From contig JAPLVZ010000012.1 in assembly GCA_026396805.1 (NCBI GenBank), positions 8,127 to 72,126 on the forward strand: a stretch of DNA of 64,000 nt, given 5' to 3'. The DNA is from Candidatus Falkowbacteria bacterium. GTDB lineage: Bacteria > Patescibacteriota > Patescibacteriia > Patescibacteriales > UBA12465. Each line of letters begins with the position of its first letter. Position 1 is the stretch's first letter. Shown piece after piece: positions 47,409 through 56,203 of the stretch. The position numbers and the translations under genes were made by a program. The notes under the pieces were generated by a model. That model saw nothing but the letters and a program-made list of their open reading frames with translations. It did not search any database and was not told the origin of the DNA.

Positions 47409-50400
47409 ATACAAAAAGGCGGCTATTATATTATTATTTTTTTTGATTTCAATCTTGATTATAGCCAAGATTGTTTTTAGTCATGAGCTTATCGGTCGTT
47501 CTTTGGATTTTCCCGTTCCCGCTCCCGCCCAGCTAATAAAAAATATTTATTCTTCCAGTTTTTATTCCTGGCGCGGCATATCTAATGAGGGGGGGAGAAA
47601 TACGTTTTCCGCCACGCTGATTCCAATAAATTTCATTTTATACTTACCAACGCTTTTTAATGCCAGCTCTTGGTTTGTCGGCCGATACCAGATAGTTTTA
47701 ACCTTATTTTTGGGGATGTTTTTTTTCTATATTTTAGCATGGCGTTTATCGAGAGATTATGATATCAAGGAAAATTATAAAATTTTAATTTCCATATTCG
47801 GTGCGTTATTTTTCGTCTTAAATAATTATTTCTTTTGTGAAATAATGTTCGGAAGCAACGTTATGTATTTGACGTTCGCTTTTTTCCCCTTGTTAATTTA
47901 TTCATTGATTTTGTATTTTGAAGATCAAAAGAAAATATTTTTTTTCCTCTCGCTTCTTTCTTTAATTATAATTTCTTCTACTCTACAGCATCTAGTCCTG
48001 GCTTATATAATTTTATTTTTTATCGCCGCTTTTTATAAACAAAAAAAATATTTTTTTATCTTCGGTTTTATCCATTTCTTCTTAAGTCTACATTGGATAT
48101 TGCCTTTAGCGTTTGCTTCTAATGAAGTGCGGACGTTGGAACTGGCCCCTGACTACACGGTTAATCTCCTTGTCTCCTCGCAACATTTTTTAAGCGCCGT
48201 CGTCAATAGTGATTATTTTTGTAGAAGAAATTTATATAATCTGGCCTTAAATAGCGCCTGGCTGTCCGCTGTTTGGGCATTCAATGCCTTTCTTCTGGTA
48301 ATTTTTTCTCTTTTTGCTTTGCTTAAATTGAAGTTTTTTAAAAAGGAACATAAAAAGTTAATAATATTTTCAACCTCATTTTTTTTGGTGGCACTCTTAT
48401 TTACAAAAGGAGGTCGACCACCGCTTGGGGAGATTGTTCTTTATTTATATAATCATATATCATTATTCAACCTCTATCGATCAATCCAGCATTATATCGG
48501 CTTTTATGTCATCGGTGTTTCAATTTTATTTGTTTTTTCCAGTATTTTCTTTGTTTCTAAAAGTAAAAAATGGCTAGTAGTGATTGGCGCGCTGGTTTTA
48601 ATTAACGCTATGCCCTGGTGGTATACTTTAGACATGGGAACCCAAAATATTTATCAGGGGGGGATGCCCAGCTTCTTGGGCCTATATAACCTAACCCCGG
48701 GCAATTGGGAAATGTATAATTTATCTAATAAATTTTTAAATTTTGCTCTTTTACCGATTCCTCCTGGGTATTCAATTAATTTTGAGGCCGTGGGAGCTAA
48801 TAAGTATAGAACGCAAGGCGGGGACGCCGGGCTGGCTTTTGGCAATAAGAAATTCTATGCCGCCGAAAGTAGTTCCATTTTATTAAAAGATACTCTCAAT
48901 AAACTGGAAAATGAGATGTATTCCAACGCCGAATTTTTCAATGACTATAAAAATCTATTTGCTTTATTGAATATTAGGTATTTTGTTTTGCGCGCCGACA
49001 CTAAACCAAATTTTTCCATCAACACCAGATTATTTAATGTTGATAAGGTGCAAGAAGCGATTAGAAACAGTCATATTTTTACCGCCCAAAATACATACGA
49101 TTTCATTACTATTTTAAAGAATGGCGATTTCTTGCCGCAATTTTATGTTCCCAAGATTATAATTCAGACCGATTCTTTTTCCGGATTACTCCCCCTGACG
49201 GACTATAGTCAAGATTTCCTGCCTCGTTTCGCAGTTTTTGATGATTCTATCAATGGTAAAAATTTTCCCTCACAATATATTTCCAACCAGAATCTCAATG
49301 TTGACGCAAGATATTCCACCAATACGAAAAAAATAATTTTTTCAACTGGATTATCGGCGGCGAGTCCTGATAATGGAAATATTAAAAAAGATGTTTACTA
49401 TTTGGCTGGCACCATCGGCGATGTCATGCAAGTCGGGCCCAGCCGGCTTTTTACGATCAAAGAAACATTGAACGAAAGAATGCCAGTGGAATATTCATAT
49501 AGCAACTTAAAATTATATAAAGTTAAAAATTCTCAAAATTTACTTAAAGACGGCTCTTTCGAAAACGGTTTTTGGCGGCCAAAAGTATTTGATTGCACGA
49601 ACGATAAAGAGTATGACCAAACTTTATCAATGAAAATTTCTGATGATGCCAGCGCCGGGAAACACTCTTTAGAATTATCATCGGGTCAACATAGCGCTTG
49701 TACTTCGCGCGTATTTCCCATTAACTTGAAACAAGGGAAATTTTACAAGCTTTCTTTCGATTATAAGAATACCAAAGGCGGACAAGCGCAATATTTTTAT
49801 CAATTATCAGGAAAAAATGGAAATTATCCGTTCGCCGAAACAATTAACGCGAAAAATAATGATTGGAATAAGCTAGAAACGCTGATTGAGGCGAAAGAGA
49901 ATATCAATCAAATTATATTATTCTTTTATTCTCCCCCGGGTGTAGTAGAGAATATTAATGAATATGACAACATTGAGTTGGTGGAATTAACCGAGCCAGA
50001 ACCAAGCAATTTTTTTAACTATTTACAACAAAATAAAGAAATCGAGACCCCCTACTTGGAATTCAAAAAGATCAATCCGACTAAATACCGAGTGGAAATT
50101 CATCAGGCTAAGGGCGATTTCCCCTTGGTTTTTAGCGAGGGTTTTCATAATAGTTGGGCAATATACTTAGGAGACAGAGAAGAAACAAATATTGATAAGA
50201 CGAAGTTAGCCGATTATAAAGAGTTGGACGGCAACGAGGGTGATCAGGCCAGCCCCGCTGAACTTCAGGATTTTATTAATCAAGGATTAATTAGTTCTTT
50301 GGGAAACGGGAAAGAGAAAGAGGCTGCGCACTATAAATGGGGAGGCAATAAAGAGACGCTTGATTATATTGAGAAATACAAAATCGCTTTTATCTCCAAA

Positions 50401-50727
50401 AATTTTCAGGATACGATTCAGAACGATAATTTACCGAATGGACATATTTGGGACACTTGGTTTAAAAACCCTTTGCCGGAAGAAAATCATTTGATGGTTA
50501 ATGGTTATGCAAATAGCTGGGTAGTTGAAACAGAAAAAATTTGTAAAGAGAATCCTGACAAATGTATAAAAAATTCCGACGGTACTTATGACTTTGAACT
50601 GGTAATTGAATTCTGGCCGCAAAGATTGTTCTATCTGGGCCTAGGAATCTCCGGCGCCACCTTGTTGTTATGCCTTGGTTATTTGGTGTATAATTGGGGA
50701 ATTAGAAAGAAAAAATTAAAACAATAA
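47401..50727 (+). CDS. Very large polytopic membrane protein with an extracytoplasmic CBM-like domain and a C-terminal anchor
   Basis: ~1108 aa. The first ~400 aa hold more than 10 TM helices. A large soluble region follows, including LLKDGSFENGFW...HSLELSS (carbohydrate-binding-module-like), then a final TM helix. The ATG at 47401 overlaps the previous stop by 8 nt. Confidence 0.65.
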   Translation: MNKYKKAAIILLFFLISILIIAKIVFSHELIGRSLDFPVPAPAQLIKNIYSSSFYSWRGISNEGGRNTFSATLIPINFILYLPTLFNASSWFVGRYQIVLTLFLGMFFFYILAWRLSRDYDIKENYKILISIFGALFFVLNNYFFCEIMFGSNVMYLTFAFFPLLIYSLILYFEDQKKIFFFLSLLSLIIISSTLQHLVLAYIILFFIAAFYKQKKYFFIFGFIHFFLSLHWILPLAFASNEVRTLELAPDYTVNLLVSSQHFLSAVVNSDYFCRRNLYNLALNSAWLSAVWAFNAFLLVIFSLFALLKLKFFKKEHKKLIIFSTSFFLVALLFTKGGRPPLGEIVLYLYNHISLFNLYRSIQHYIGFYVIGVSILFVFSSIFFVSKSKKWLVVIGALVLINAMPWWYTLDMGTQNIYQGGMPSFLGLYNLTPGNWEMYNLSNKFLNFALLPIPPGYSINFEAVGANKYRTQGGDAGLAFGNKKFYAAESSSILLKDTLNKLENEMYSNAEFFNDYKNLFALLNIRYFVLRADTKPNFSINTRLFNVDKVQEAIRNSHIFTAQNTYDFITILKNGDFLPQFYVPKIIIQTDSFSGLLPLTDYSQDFLPRFAVFDDSINGKNFPSQYISNQNLNVDARYSTNTKKIIFSTGLSAASPDNGNIKKDVYYLAGTIGDVMQVGPSRLFTIKETLNERMPVEYSYSNLKLYKVKNSQNLLKDGSFENGFWRPKVFDCTNDKEYDQTLSMKISDDASAGKHSLELSSGQHSACTSRVFPINLKQGKFYKLSFDYKNTKGGQAQYFYQLSGKNGNYPFAETINAKNNDWNKLETLIEAKENINQIILFFYSPPGVVENINEYDNIELVELTEPEPSNFFNYLQQNKEIETPYLEFKKINPTKYRVEIHQAKGDFPLVFSEGFHNSWAIYLGDREETNIDKTKLADYKELDGNEGDQASPAELQDFINQGLISSLGNGKEKEAAHYKWGGNKETLDYIEKYKIAFISKNFQDTIQNDNLPNGHIWDTWFKNPLPEENHLMVNGYANSWVVETEKICKENPDKCIKNSDGTYDFELVIEFWPQRLFYLGLGISGATLLLCLGYLVYNWGIRKKKLKQ

Positions 50728-50744
50728 ACTAATAAATTAATTTT

Positions 50745-52061
50745 ATGGATAAACTAAAAAAAGAAAAAATCGTTTACGTCGGCATGAGCGCTGATTTAAT
50801 TCACCCGGGCCATTTAAATGTGATTAATCACGCTAGGAGCCTTGGCGACGTCATTGTCGGATTATTAACTGATAAAGCCATCGCTAGTTATAAACGTCTG
50901 CCATTTTTAACCTATGAACAAAGAAAAGTAATCATGGAGAATTTAAAAGGGGTAATTGAGGTTATTCCTCAGGATACTTTAGATTATGTCCCTAATTTAA
51001 GGAAAATAAAACCGGATTATGTGGTCCATGGCGATGACTGGAAAGAGGGCACGCAGAAAGAAACTAGGCAGAGGGTTATAGAAGCTTTAAAAGAGTGGGG
51101 AGGAGAATTAGTGGAACTGCCGTACACAAAAGGGATTTCTTCAACTATGCTTCATGAAAAAATTCATGAGATTGGGACCACGCCAGAGATCAGGATGAAA
51201 AGATTAAAGAGATTATTAGAAGTAAAACCAATTCTCCGGATAATGGAGGCTCATAATGGCTTGACCGGTCTTATTGTAGATAATCTTAAGATAAAAGATG
51301 AAAAAGGCATTAAAGAATTTGATGGGATGTGGCTAAGCAGTCTGACTGATTCGACCGCTAAGGGTAAGCCCGATATTGAATGCGTTGATTTGACCTCCCG
51401 ATTAAGCACGGTGAACGATATTATGGAAGTGACGACTAAGCCGATAATTTTCGACGGCGATACCGGTGGCATACCAGAACATTTTGTTTTTGGGGTTAAA
51501 ACTATGGAAAGAATGGGAGTTTCGGCTGTTATAATAGAGGATAAGATCGGCTTGAAGAAAAATTCATTGTTTGGGACTGATGTTGAACAAACTCAAGATA
51601 GCATCGATAGTTTTTGTCATAAAATTTCCGTAGGTAAAAAAGCCCAGGTAACCGATGACTTCATGATTATTGCCAGAATTGAGAGCTTGATTTTAAAGAA
51701 GGGTATGGCGGACGCGCTTAAGCGCGCCGAGGCGTATATCGCGGCCGGTGCTGATGGCATAATGATTCATAGCCGGGAAAAGGACCCCACAGAAGTTTTG
51801 GAATTTTGTCGGGAATATAAAAAATTTAAAAAAATAGTCCCGCTCGTGGCCGTTCCGTCAAGTTATAATCAGATTTATGAAAAGGAATTAATGGAAGCCG
51901 GAGTGAACATCGTAATTTACGCGAATCATTTATTGCGTAGCGCTTATCCGGCGATGGTAAATACGGCTAAATCAATCTTATTAAATGAAAGAGCGCATGA
52001 ATGCGAGAGCGCCTGCATGTCTATAAAGGAGATATTAACTTTAATTCCGGGAGGACAATAA
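50745..52061 (+). CDS. Bifunctional cytidylyltransferase / phosphoenolpyruvate phosphomutase (Fom1-like architecture)
   Basis: The N-terminal ~135 aa carry the HxGH-type cytidylyltransferase motifs ([14 protein letters not shown] and TKGISSTML). The C-terminal ~295 aa are PepM-like ([16 protein letters not shown], and the PepM-specific [10 protein letters not shown], i.e. EDKx5NS). Confidence 0.85.
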   Translation: MDKLKKEKIVYVGMSADLIHPGHLNVINHARSLGDVIVGLLTDKAIASYKRLPFLTYEQRKVIMENLKGVIEVIPQDTLDYVPNLRKIKPDYVVHGDDWKEGTQKETRQRVIEALKEWGGELVELPYTKGISSTMLHEKIHEIGTTPEIRMKRLKRLLEVKPILRIMEAHNGLTGLIVDNLKIKDEKGIKEFDGMWLSSLTDSTAKGKPDIECVDLTSRLSTVNDIMEVTTKPIIFDGDTGGIPEHFVFGVKTMERMGVSAVIIEDKIGLKKNSLFGTDVEQTQDSIDSFCHKISVGKKAQVTDDFMIIARIESLILKKGMADALKRAEAYIAAGADGIMIHSREKDPTEVLEFCREYKKFKKIVPLVAVPSSYNQIYEKELMEAGVNIVIYANHLLRSAYPAMVNTAKSILLNERAHECESACMSIKEILTLIPGGQ

Positions 52062-52062
52062 T

Positions 52063-53190
52063 ATGATTAACTGTGAAAAATTCTATCAATATTTATTAGA
52101 AAAAAATATAAATTTTTTTACCGGCGTTCCGGACTCTCTTTTGAAAGATTTTTGTTCTTATATTATGGATAACGCCGGACAGAACCATGTAATTAGCGCT
52201 AATGAAGGGAATGCCGTGGCCTTAGCGGCCGGACATTATTTAGCTTCCGGGAATATTGGCTTAGTCTATATGCAAAATTCCGGCATTGGGAATGCTATTA
52301 ATCCTTTAGCATCGCTCGTTGACCCGGAGGTATATAGTATACCCGTCTTAATGATAGTCGGTTGGCGCGGCGAGCCTAATGTCAAGGATGAACCCCAGCA
52401 TATCAAGCAGGGGAAAGTTACTACCGGTCTATTCGATGCCTTATCTATTCCTTATGATATTTTACCCGCCTCTTTAGATGAAGCCAAAGTTTGTTTAGAT
52501 AAGGCTTGTAATTATATGCGTGAGAACAGTTCCCCCTACGTTATTATCATCAAAAAAGATACCTTTGAAAAATATTCTTTACAGAATAAAATAAAAAATA
52601 ATTATCCGGTATCCAGAGAAGAGGCGATTAAACGTATCGTAGATACCTTATCGCCAGAAGATATTATAGTTTCTACGACCGGCAAGGCCTCGCGTGAACT
52701 CTTTGAATACCGGGATTATTTACATCAAGGGCATGATAAAGATTTTTTGACTGTCGGCTCAATGGGCCATTCTTCCCAAGTAGCGCTGGGCATCGCTCTG
52801 GAAAAGAAGAACAGAAAAGTTTATTGTTTGGATGGTGACGGAGCGGCGATTATGCATATGGGCGCCTGGGCGATTATCGGCTCAAAAGCGCCGGAAAATT
52901 TCCGTCATATAATCTTGAATAATGGCTGTCATGAATCAGTCGGCGGCCAGCCGACGGCGGGATTTAGCATTAATATGCAGATGTTGGCCCAGGCTTGCGG
53001 TTATAAAAATATTTATCTGGCCGAGACTTTAGAAGAAATTGAAAGTAAAATTAATTTACTAAAAAATAGCGTCGGGCCGTCTTTACTGGAGATAAGAATA
53101 AACAGCTCATCTCGAGAAAATTTAGGCCGACCCAACATTAGCCCGGTCGATAATAAAAAAGATTTTATAAAATTTATTCGAAATAGTTAA
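52063..53190 (+). CDS. Phosphonopyruvate decarboxylase (ThDP-dependent)
   Basis: 375 aa. The N-terminus FFTGVPDSLLKDF and the ThDP motif GDGAAIMHMG...NN are present. It starts 1 nt after the PepM fusion stop. Confidence 0.82.
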   Translation: MINCEKFYQYLLEKNINFFTGVPDSLLKDFCSYIMDNAGQNHVISANEGNAVALAAGHYLASGNIGLVYMQNSGIGNAINPLASLVDPEVYSIPVLMIVGWRGEPNVKDEPQHIKQGKVTTGLFDALSIPYDILPASLDEAKVCLDKACNYMRENSSPYVIIIKKDTFEKYSLQNKIKNNYPVSREEAIKRIVDTLSPEDIIVSTTGKASRELFEYRDYLHQGHDKDFLTVGSMGHSSQVALGIALEKKNRKVYCLDGDGAAIMHMGAWAIIGSKAPENFRHIILNNGCHESVGGQPTAGFSINMQMLAQACGYKNIYLAETLEEIESKINLLKNSVGPSLLEIRINSSSRENLGRPNISPVDNKKDFIKFIRNS

Positions 53191-53200
53191 GTAAGAAAAA

Positions 53201-54337
53201 ATGCCACAGAAAAATTATATTGGCATAGGCGCAATCAAAAATTTGGCCGGATATCTTCGCCAGAATAAGGTGAAGAAAGTTTTTTTAGTATCGGGAAAGA
53301 AATCTTATAAGCTTTGCGGCGCGAAAAAGATATTGGATCCGATTTTAAAAAAATATTCCGTTTTAAACTTTACTGATTTTTCGTCCAATCCGAAACTATT
53401 GGCTATTGAAAAAGGCGCGAAGTTGTTTAAAAAATATGATCCGGACTTGGTTATCGCTATCGGAGGCGGCAGCGCGATCGATATGGCTAAGGCCATAAAT
53501 ATTTTAGCCGTTCAAGACGGCAATCCGCGAGATTATGTTTTAAAAAAGAAAGAAATAACAAAATCAGGAAAAAAATTGATTGCCGTCCCCACTACGGCTG
53601 GTACGGGAAGTGAGGCAACCTGTTTCGCCGTGGTTTATATTAATAAAGTTAAATATTCTTTAAAGCATAAATTTATATTGCCAACTTGTTTTATTATCGA
53701 TCCGCGATTTACCTTTAATTTAAATCAAAAAATCACGGCCGAGACGGGCGCGGACGCCCTAGCGCAAGCAATCGAATCATATTGGAGCGTTAATTCTACG
53801 GCTGAGTCAAAAAAATATGCGGCGCGAGCGATCAGGATAATTTTAAAAAATTTATATAAAGTCGTGAATAATCCGGATCAGAAATCAAGACTGAAAATGA
53901 GCCGAGCGGCCAATCTTTCCGGAAGAGCCATAAATATAACAGAAACAACGGCTTGTCACGCTATTTCTTATCCAATTACTTCTTATTTCGGCATAGCGCA
54001 CGGGCAGGCCGTGGTTATGACTTTAAGTAGTCTTTTAAATTATAATAATTTAGTGTCTCAGGCGGATGTTTTAGACAAGCGTGGAGCGCTTTATGTTAAG
54101 AGGGTTATAAAAGATATAATTAAATTATTGGGTGCTCATAATTGTCAAAATGCTCAAGAAAAAATTGAAAGTATTTTAAAGGGAGTCGGTTTAGCTACTC
54201 GATTTCGTGAATTAAATATTTTTAGAGAAGATTTAAAAATAATTTTTAAAAATAGTTTTAATCCTGAGAGGATGAAAAATAACCCACGTTTAGTGACTAA
54301 AAAAGAATTATGGAAAATGTTATTAAATTTATTATAA
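53201..54337 (+). CDS. Group III iron-containing alcohol dehydrogenase (candidate phosphonoacetaldehyde reductase)
   Basis: 378 aa with GGGSAIDMAKA and metal-binding His motifs. The assignment rests on its position directly after PepM and Ppd. Confidence 0.75.
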   Translation: MPQKNYIGIGAIKNLAGYLRQNKVKKVFLVSGKKSYKLCGAKKILDPILKKYSVLNFTDFSSNPKLLAIEKGAKLFKKYDPDLVIAIGGGSAIDMAKAINILAVQDGNPRDYVLKKKEITKSGKKLIAVPTTAGTGSEATCFAVVYINKVKYSLKHKFILPTCFIIDPRFTFNLNQKITAETGADALAQAIESYWSVNSTAESKKYAARAIRIILKNLYKVVNNPDQKSRLKMSRAANLSGRAINITETTACHAISYPITSYFGIAHGQAVVMTLSSLLNYNNLVSQADVLDKRGALYVKRVIKDIIKLLGAHNCQNAQEKIESILKGVGLATRFRELNIFREDLKIIFKNSFNPERMKNNPRLVTKKELWKMLLNLL

Positions 54338-54502
54338 ATTAGAACTGGGGGTGGGATTTTGTGAGGAGGAAGAAAGATTTGATAGAGGTTGAGGAGGTTA
54401 GTGTTATTGAAGGTTAGGGGGTGGCGCTATGTGTCCGCTTGAGGGTCTGAGATGGTGCTGGGCGATTGTTTACGCAAGATAGGACTAAATTACATCAAAT
54501 TT

Positions 54503-55243
54503 ATGACTAATACTTACAAAATTAAAGATAAACTATTAATAATTGGCGACGGTCGTTATAGTAATGAAGAAATCATGGCATTATACAGAGAAATAGAAAA
54601 TCACATTTTTCGTTCGGAATTTAATGAAGATTTAAATGCTTGTCTTGATGATTGCTTACATAAGATTAAAGCAACCTGGTATCATCTTTCTACTATTAAA
54701 CAAGAGGTTGAAGAAATAATGACGCACCCGAAACATTATTTGCAGCAACAAGTTTTTCAGTCTTATCCAAAAATAGAATTTCAAGATAATCGTCTTATTT
54801 ATGAGATAGAAGCTTTTTTATTTCAGGTAAAAAGTAATTTGGATATTATCGTACAAGTCCTAACTTTCTTTTATCCTAATTTAAAAAGTGAAAATGCCGA
54901 TAGGCCTAATGGTTTTGATGGTAAAAAGAGGCTAGCTGGTTACAAAACAATTGAAAAGTTAACGACAGCTGGAGAGGCTAGATTAGCTGATTATTTTAAA
55001 GGGGAGGTAAGTGATTGGATTCAAGAAATGGTTGATTTGCGTAATACTGTCACTCACAAAACTCAACTGGAAAACTACCAGTCATTTTTAATAACGGAAA
55101 TGTTATCTAACGAGCTTGAAATAAAAACACCACTAATGCCTTCGGGGCAAAAAGTGGAAGTTTATTGTCAATTAGTTTTTGATAAATTATTAAATTTTTA
55201 TCGGACAGTGTTTGTAGATATTATTGGCGAATATAAAAAATAG
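54503..55243 (+). CDS. Hypothetical protein with a HEPN-like Rx4H motif
   Basis: ~246 aa, predicted mostly helical. MVDLRNTVTHK contains R-N-x3-H, as in Abi/HEPN families. The ATG at 54503 is preferred. Confidence 0.4.
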   Translation: MTNTYKIKDKLLIIGDGRYSNEEIMALYREIENHIFRSEFNEDLNACLDDCLHKIKATWYHLSTIKQEVEEIMTHPKHYLQQQVFQSYPKIEFQDNRLIYEIEAFLFQVKSNLDIIVQVLTFFYPNLKSENADRPNGFDGKKRLAGYKTIEKLTTAGEARLADYFKGEVSDWIQEMVDLRNTVTHKTQLENYQSFLITEMLSNELEIKTPLMPSGQKVEVYCQLVFDKLLNFYRTVFVDIIGEYKK

Positions 55244-55395
55244 TAAATTTAGAAGAATAAAGTGAAAAATTATAAAATAGAAGAAATAGAAACAGATCCT
55301 TCGCTCCGCTCAACTCGCCTCGCTTCGCTGGCGAAGCGGGAATGGCAAAGAAAGATTTTATAAAAACTTTATAAATATTTTATTTAATATTAGCC

Positions 55396-55424
55396 TTGAT
55401 AATGATTATTAAACCTGCTATAAT
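55396..55424 (+). promoter_or_regulatory. Sigma-70-type promoter (TTGATA, 17-nt spacer, TATAAT) for the Bro-N-like genes
   Basis: -35 at 55396-55401 and -10 at 55419-55424. The upstream 30 nt is 29/30 identical to the module at 62206-62235. Confidence 0.6.
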
Positions 55425-55453
55425 CAGGTGATAATAATTAATTATCTAAATTT

Positions 55454-56161
55454 ATGGCTAAAAATGACAAACAAAATGAAATTAATAAAATAGTCTTGTT
55501 TAAAGGGCAAAAGATTAGGCGAATTATTTTTAATGATGAATGGTGGTTTTCTGTTGTTGATGTTTGCGGAGTGTTGGTGGAAAGTACAAACGCTAGAGAT
55601 TATTGGTATAGAGTAAAAAGTAGAGTTGAAGATGAAGAAAAACTTCAACTGTCGACAATTTGTCGACAGTTGAAGTTAGAGTCGCCTGACGGCAAAATGC
55701 GTGAAACCGATTGCGCAAATACCGAAGGATTATTCCGTATTATTCAGTCTATCCCTTCGCCGAAAGCTGAACCGTTTAAACGTTGGTTGGCTAAGGTCGG
55801 CTATGAGCGAGTTCAAGAAATTCAAGATCCAGAATTAGCGACTAAAAGAACTAGAGAACTCTATAAGCTAAAGGGTTATAGCGATTCCTGGATTGAAAAG
55901 CGGCTGCGCGGTATCGCTATTCGCGAAGAATTAACTGATGAATGGAAAAATAGAGGGGCGAGAGAAAAAAAGGATTATGAAATTTTAACGGCGGAAATAT
56001 CAAAAGCGACTTTTGGATTAACCCCGGTTCAGTACAAAAAAGTTAAGAGTCTGGGCAAAGAGAATTTGCGCGATCATATGGAAGATATTGAAAAACAATC
56101 TGACGCTAAAGTTGCCAGTTCGAATAATTTTTTAGGGCGGAAAAATCACCAGCTAGAATGA
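55454..56161 (+). CDS. Bro-N / DinD-like protein (copy A, with an internal deletion near the C-terminus)
   Basis: 235 aa with WWFSVVDVCGVL, DGKMRETDCANTEGLFRIIQSIPSPKAEPFKRWLAKVG. Relative to copy B it lacks ~45 aa between NLRDHM and the C-terminal tail. Confidence 0.8.
   Translation: MAKNDKQNEINKIVLFKGQKIRRIIFNDEWWFSVVDVCGVLVESTNARDYWYRVKSRVEDEEKLQLSTICRQLKLESPDGKMRETDCANTEGLFRIIQSIPSPKAEPFKRWLAKVGYERVQEIQDPELATKRTRELYKLKGYSDSWIEKRLRGIAIREELTDEWKNRGAREKKDYEILTAEISKATFGLTPVQYKKVKSLGKENLRDHMEDIEKQSDAKVASSNNFLGRKNHQLE
55641..55677. repeat. Intragenic hairpin in Bro-N-like copy A: aacttcaactgtcgacaa t ttgtcgacagttgaagtt
   Basis: Perfect 18-bp arms. The frame was checked, and it encodes KLQLSTICRQLKL. 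Confidence 0.92.
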
Positions 56162-56203
56162 AGAGGAAATTGTTTAAGCGATAATAATTAATTATCTGAA
56201 TTT

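Noticed and set aside
50745-54337. Fosfomycin (antibiotic) biosynthetic cluster
   Set aside because: Fom1/Fom2/FomC-like enzymes and a class B radical SAM are present. However, no HppE-type epoxidase, CMP-hydrolase or FomA/FomB-type resistance kinases were seen. The context is glycosyltransferase-rich, so a surface phosphonate decoration is more likely.
54346-54424. Canonical G-quadruplex in the C-free tract
   Set aside because: Only two runs of four or more G and a few GG/GGG runs occur, at irregular spacing. I cannot support a four-tract G4 from the sequence, so only the compositional anomaly is reported.
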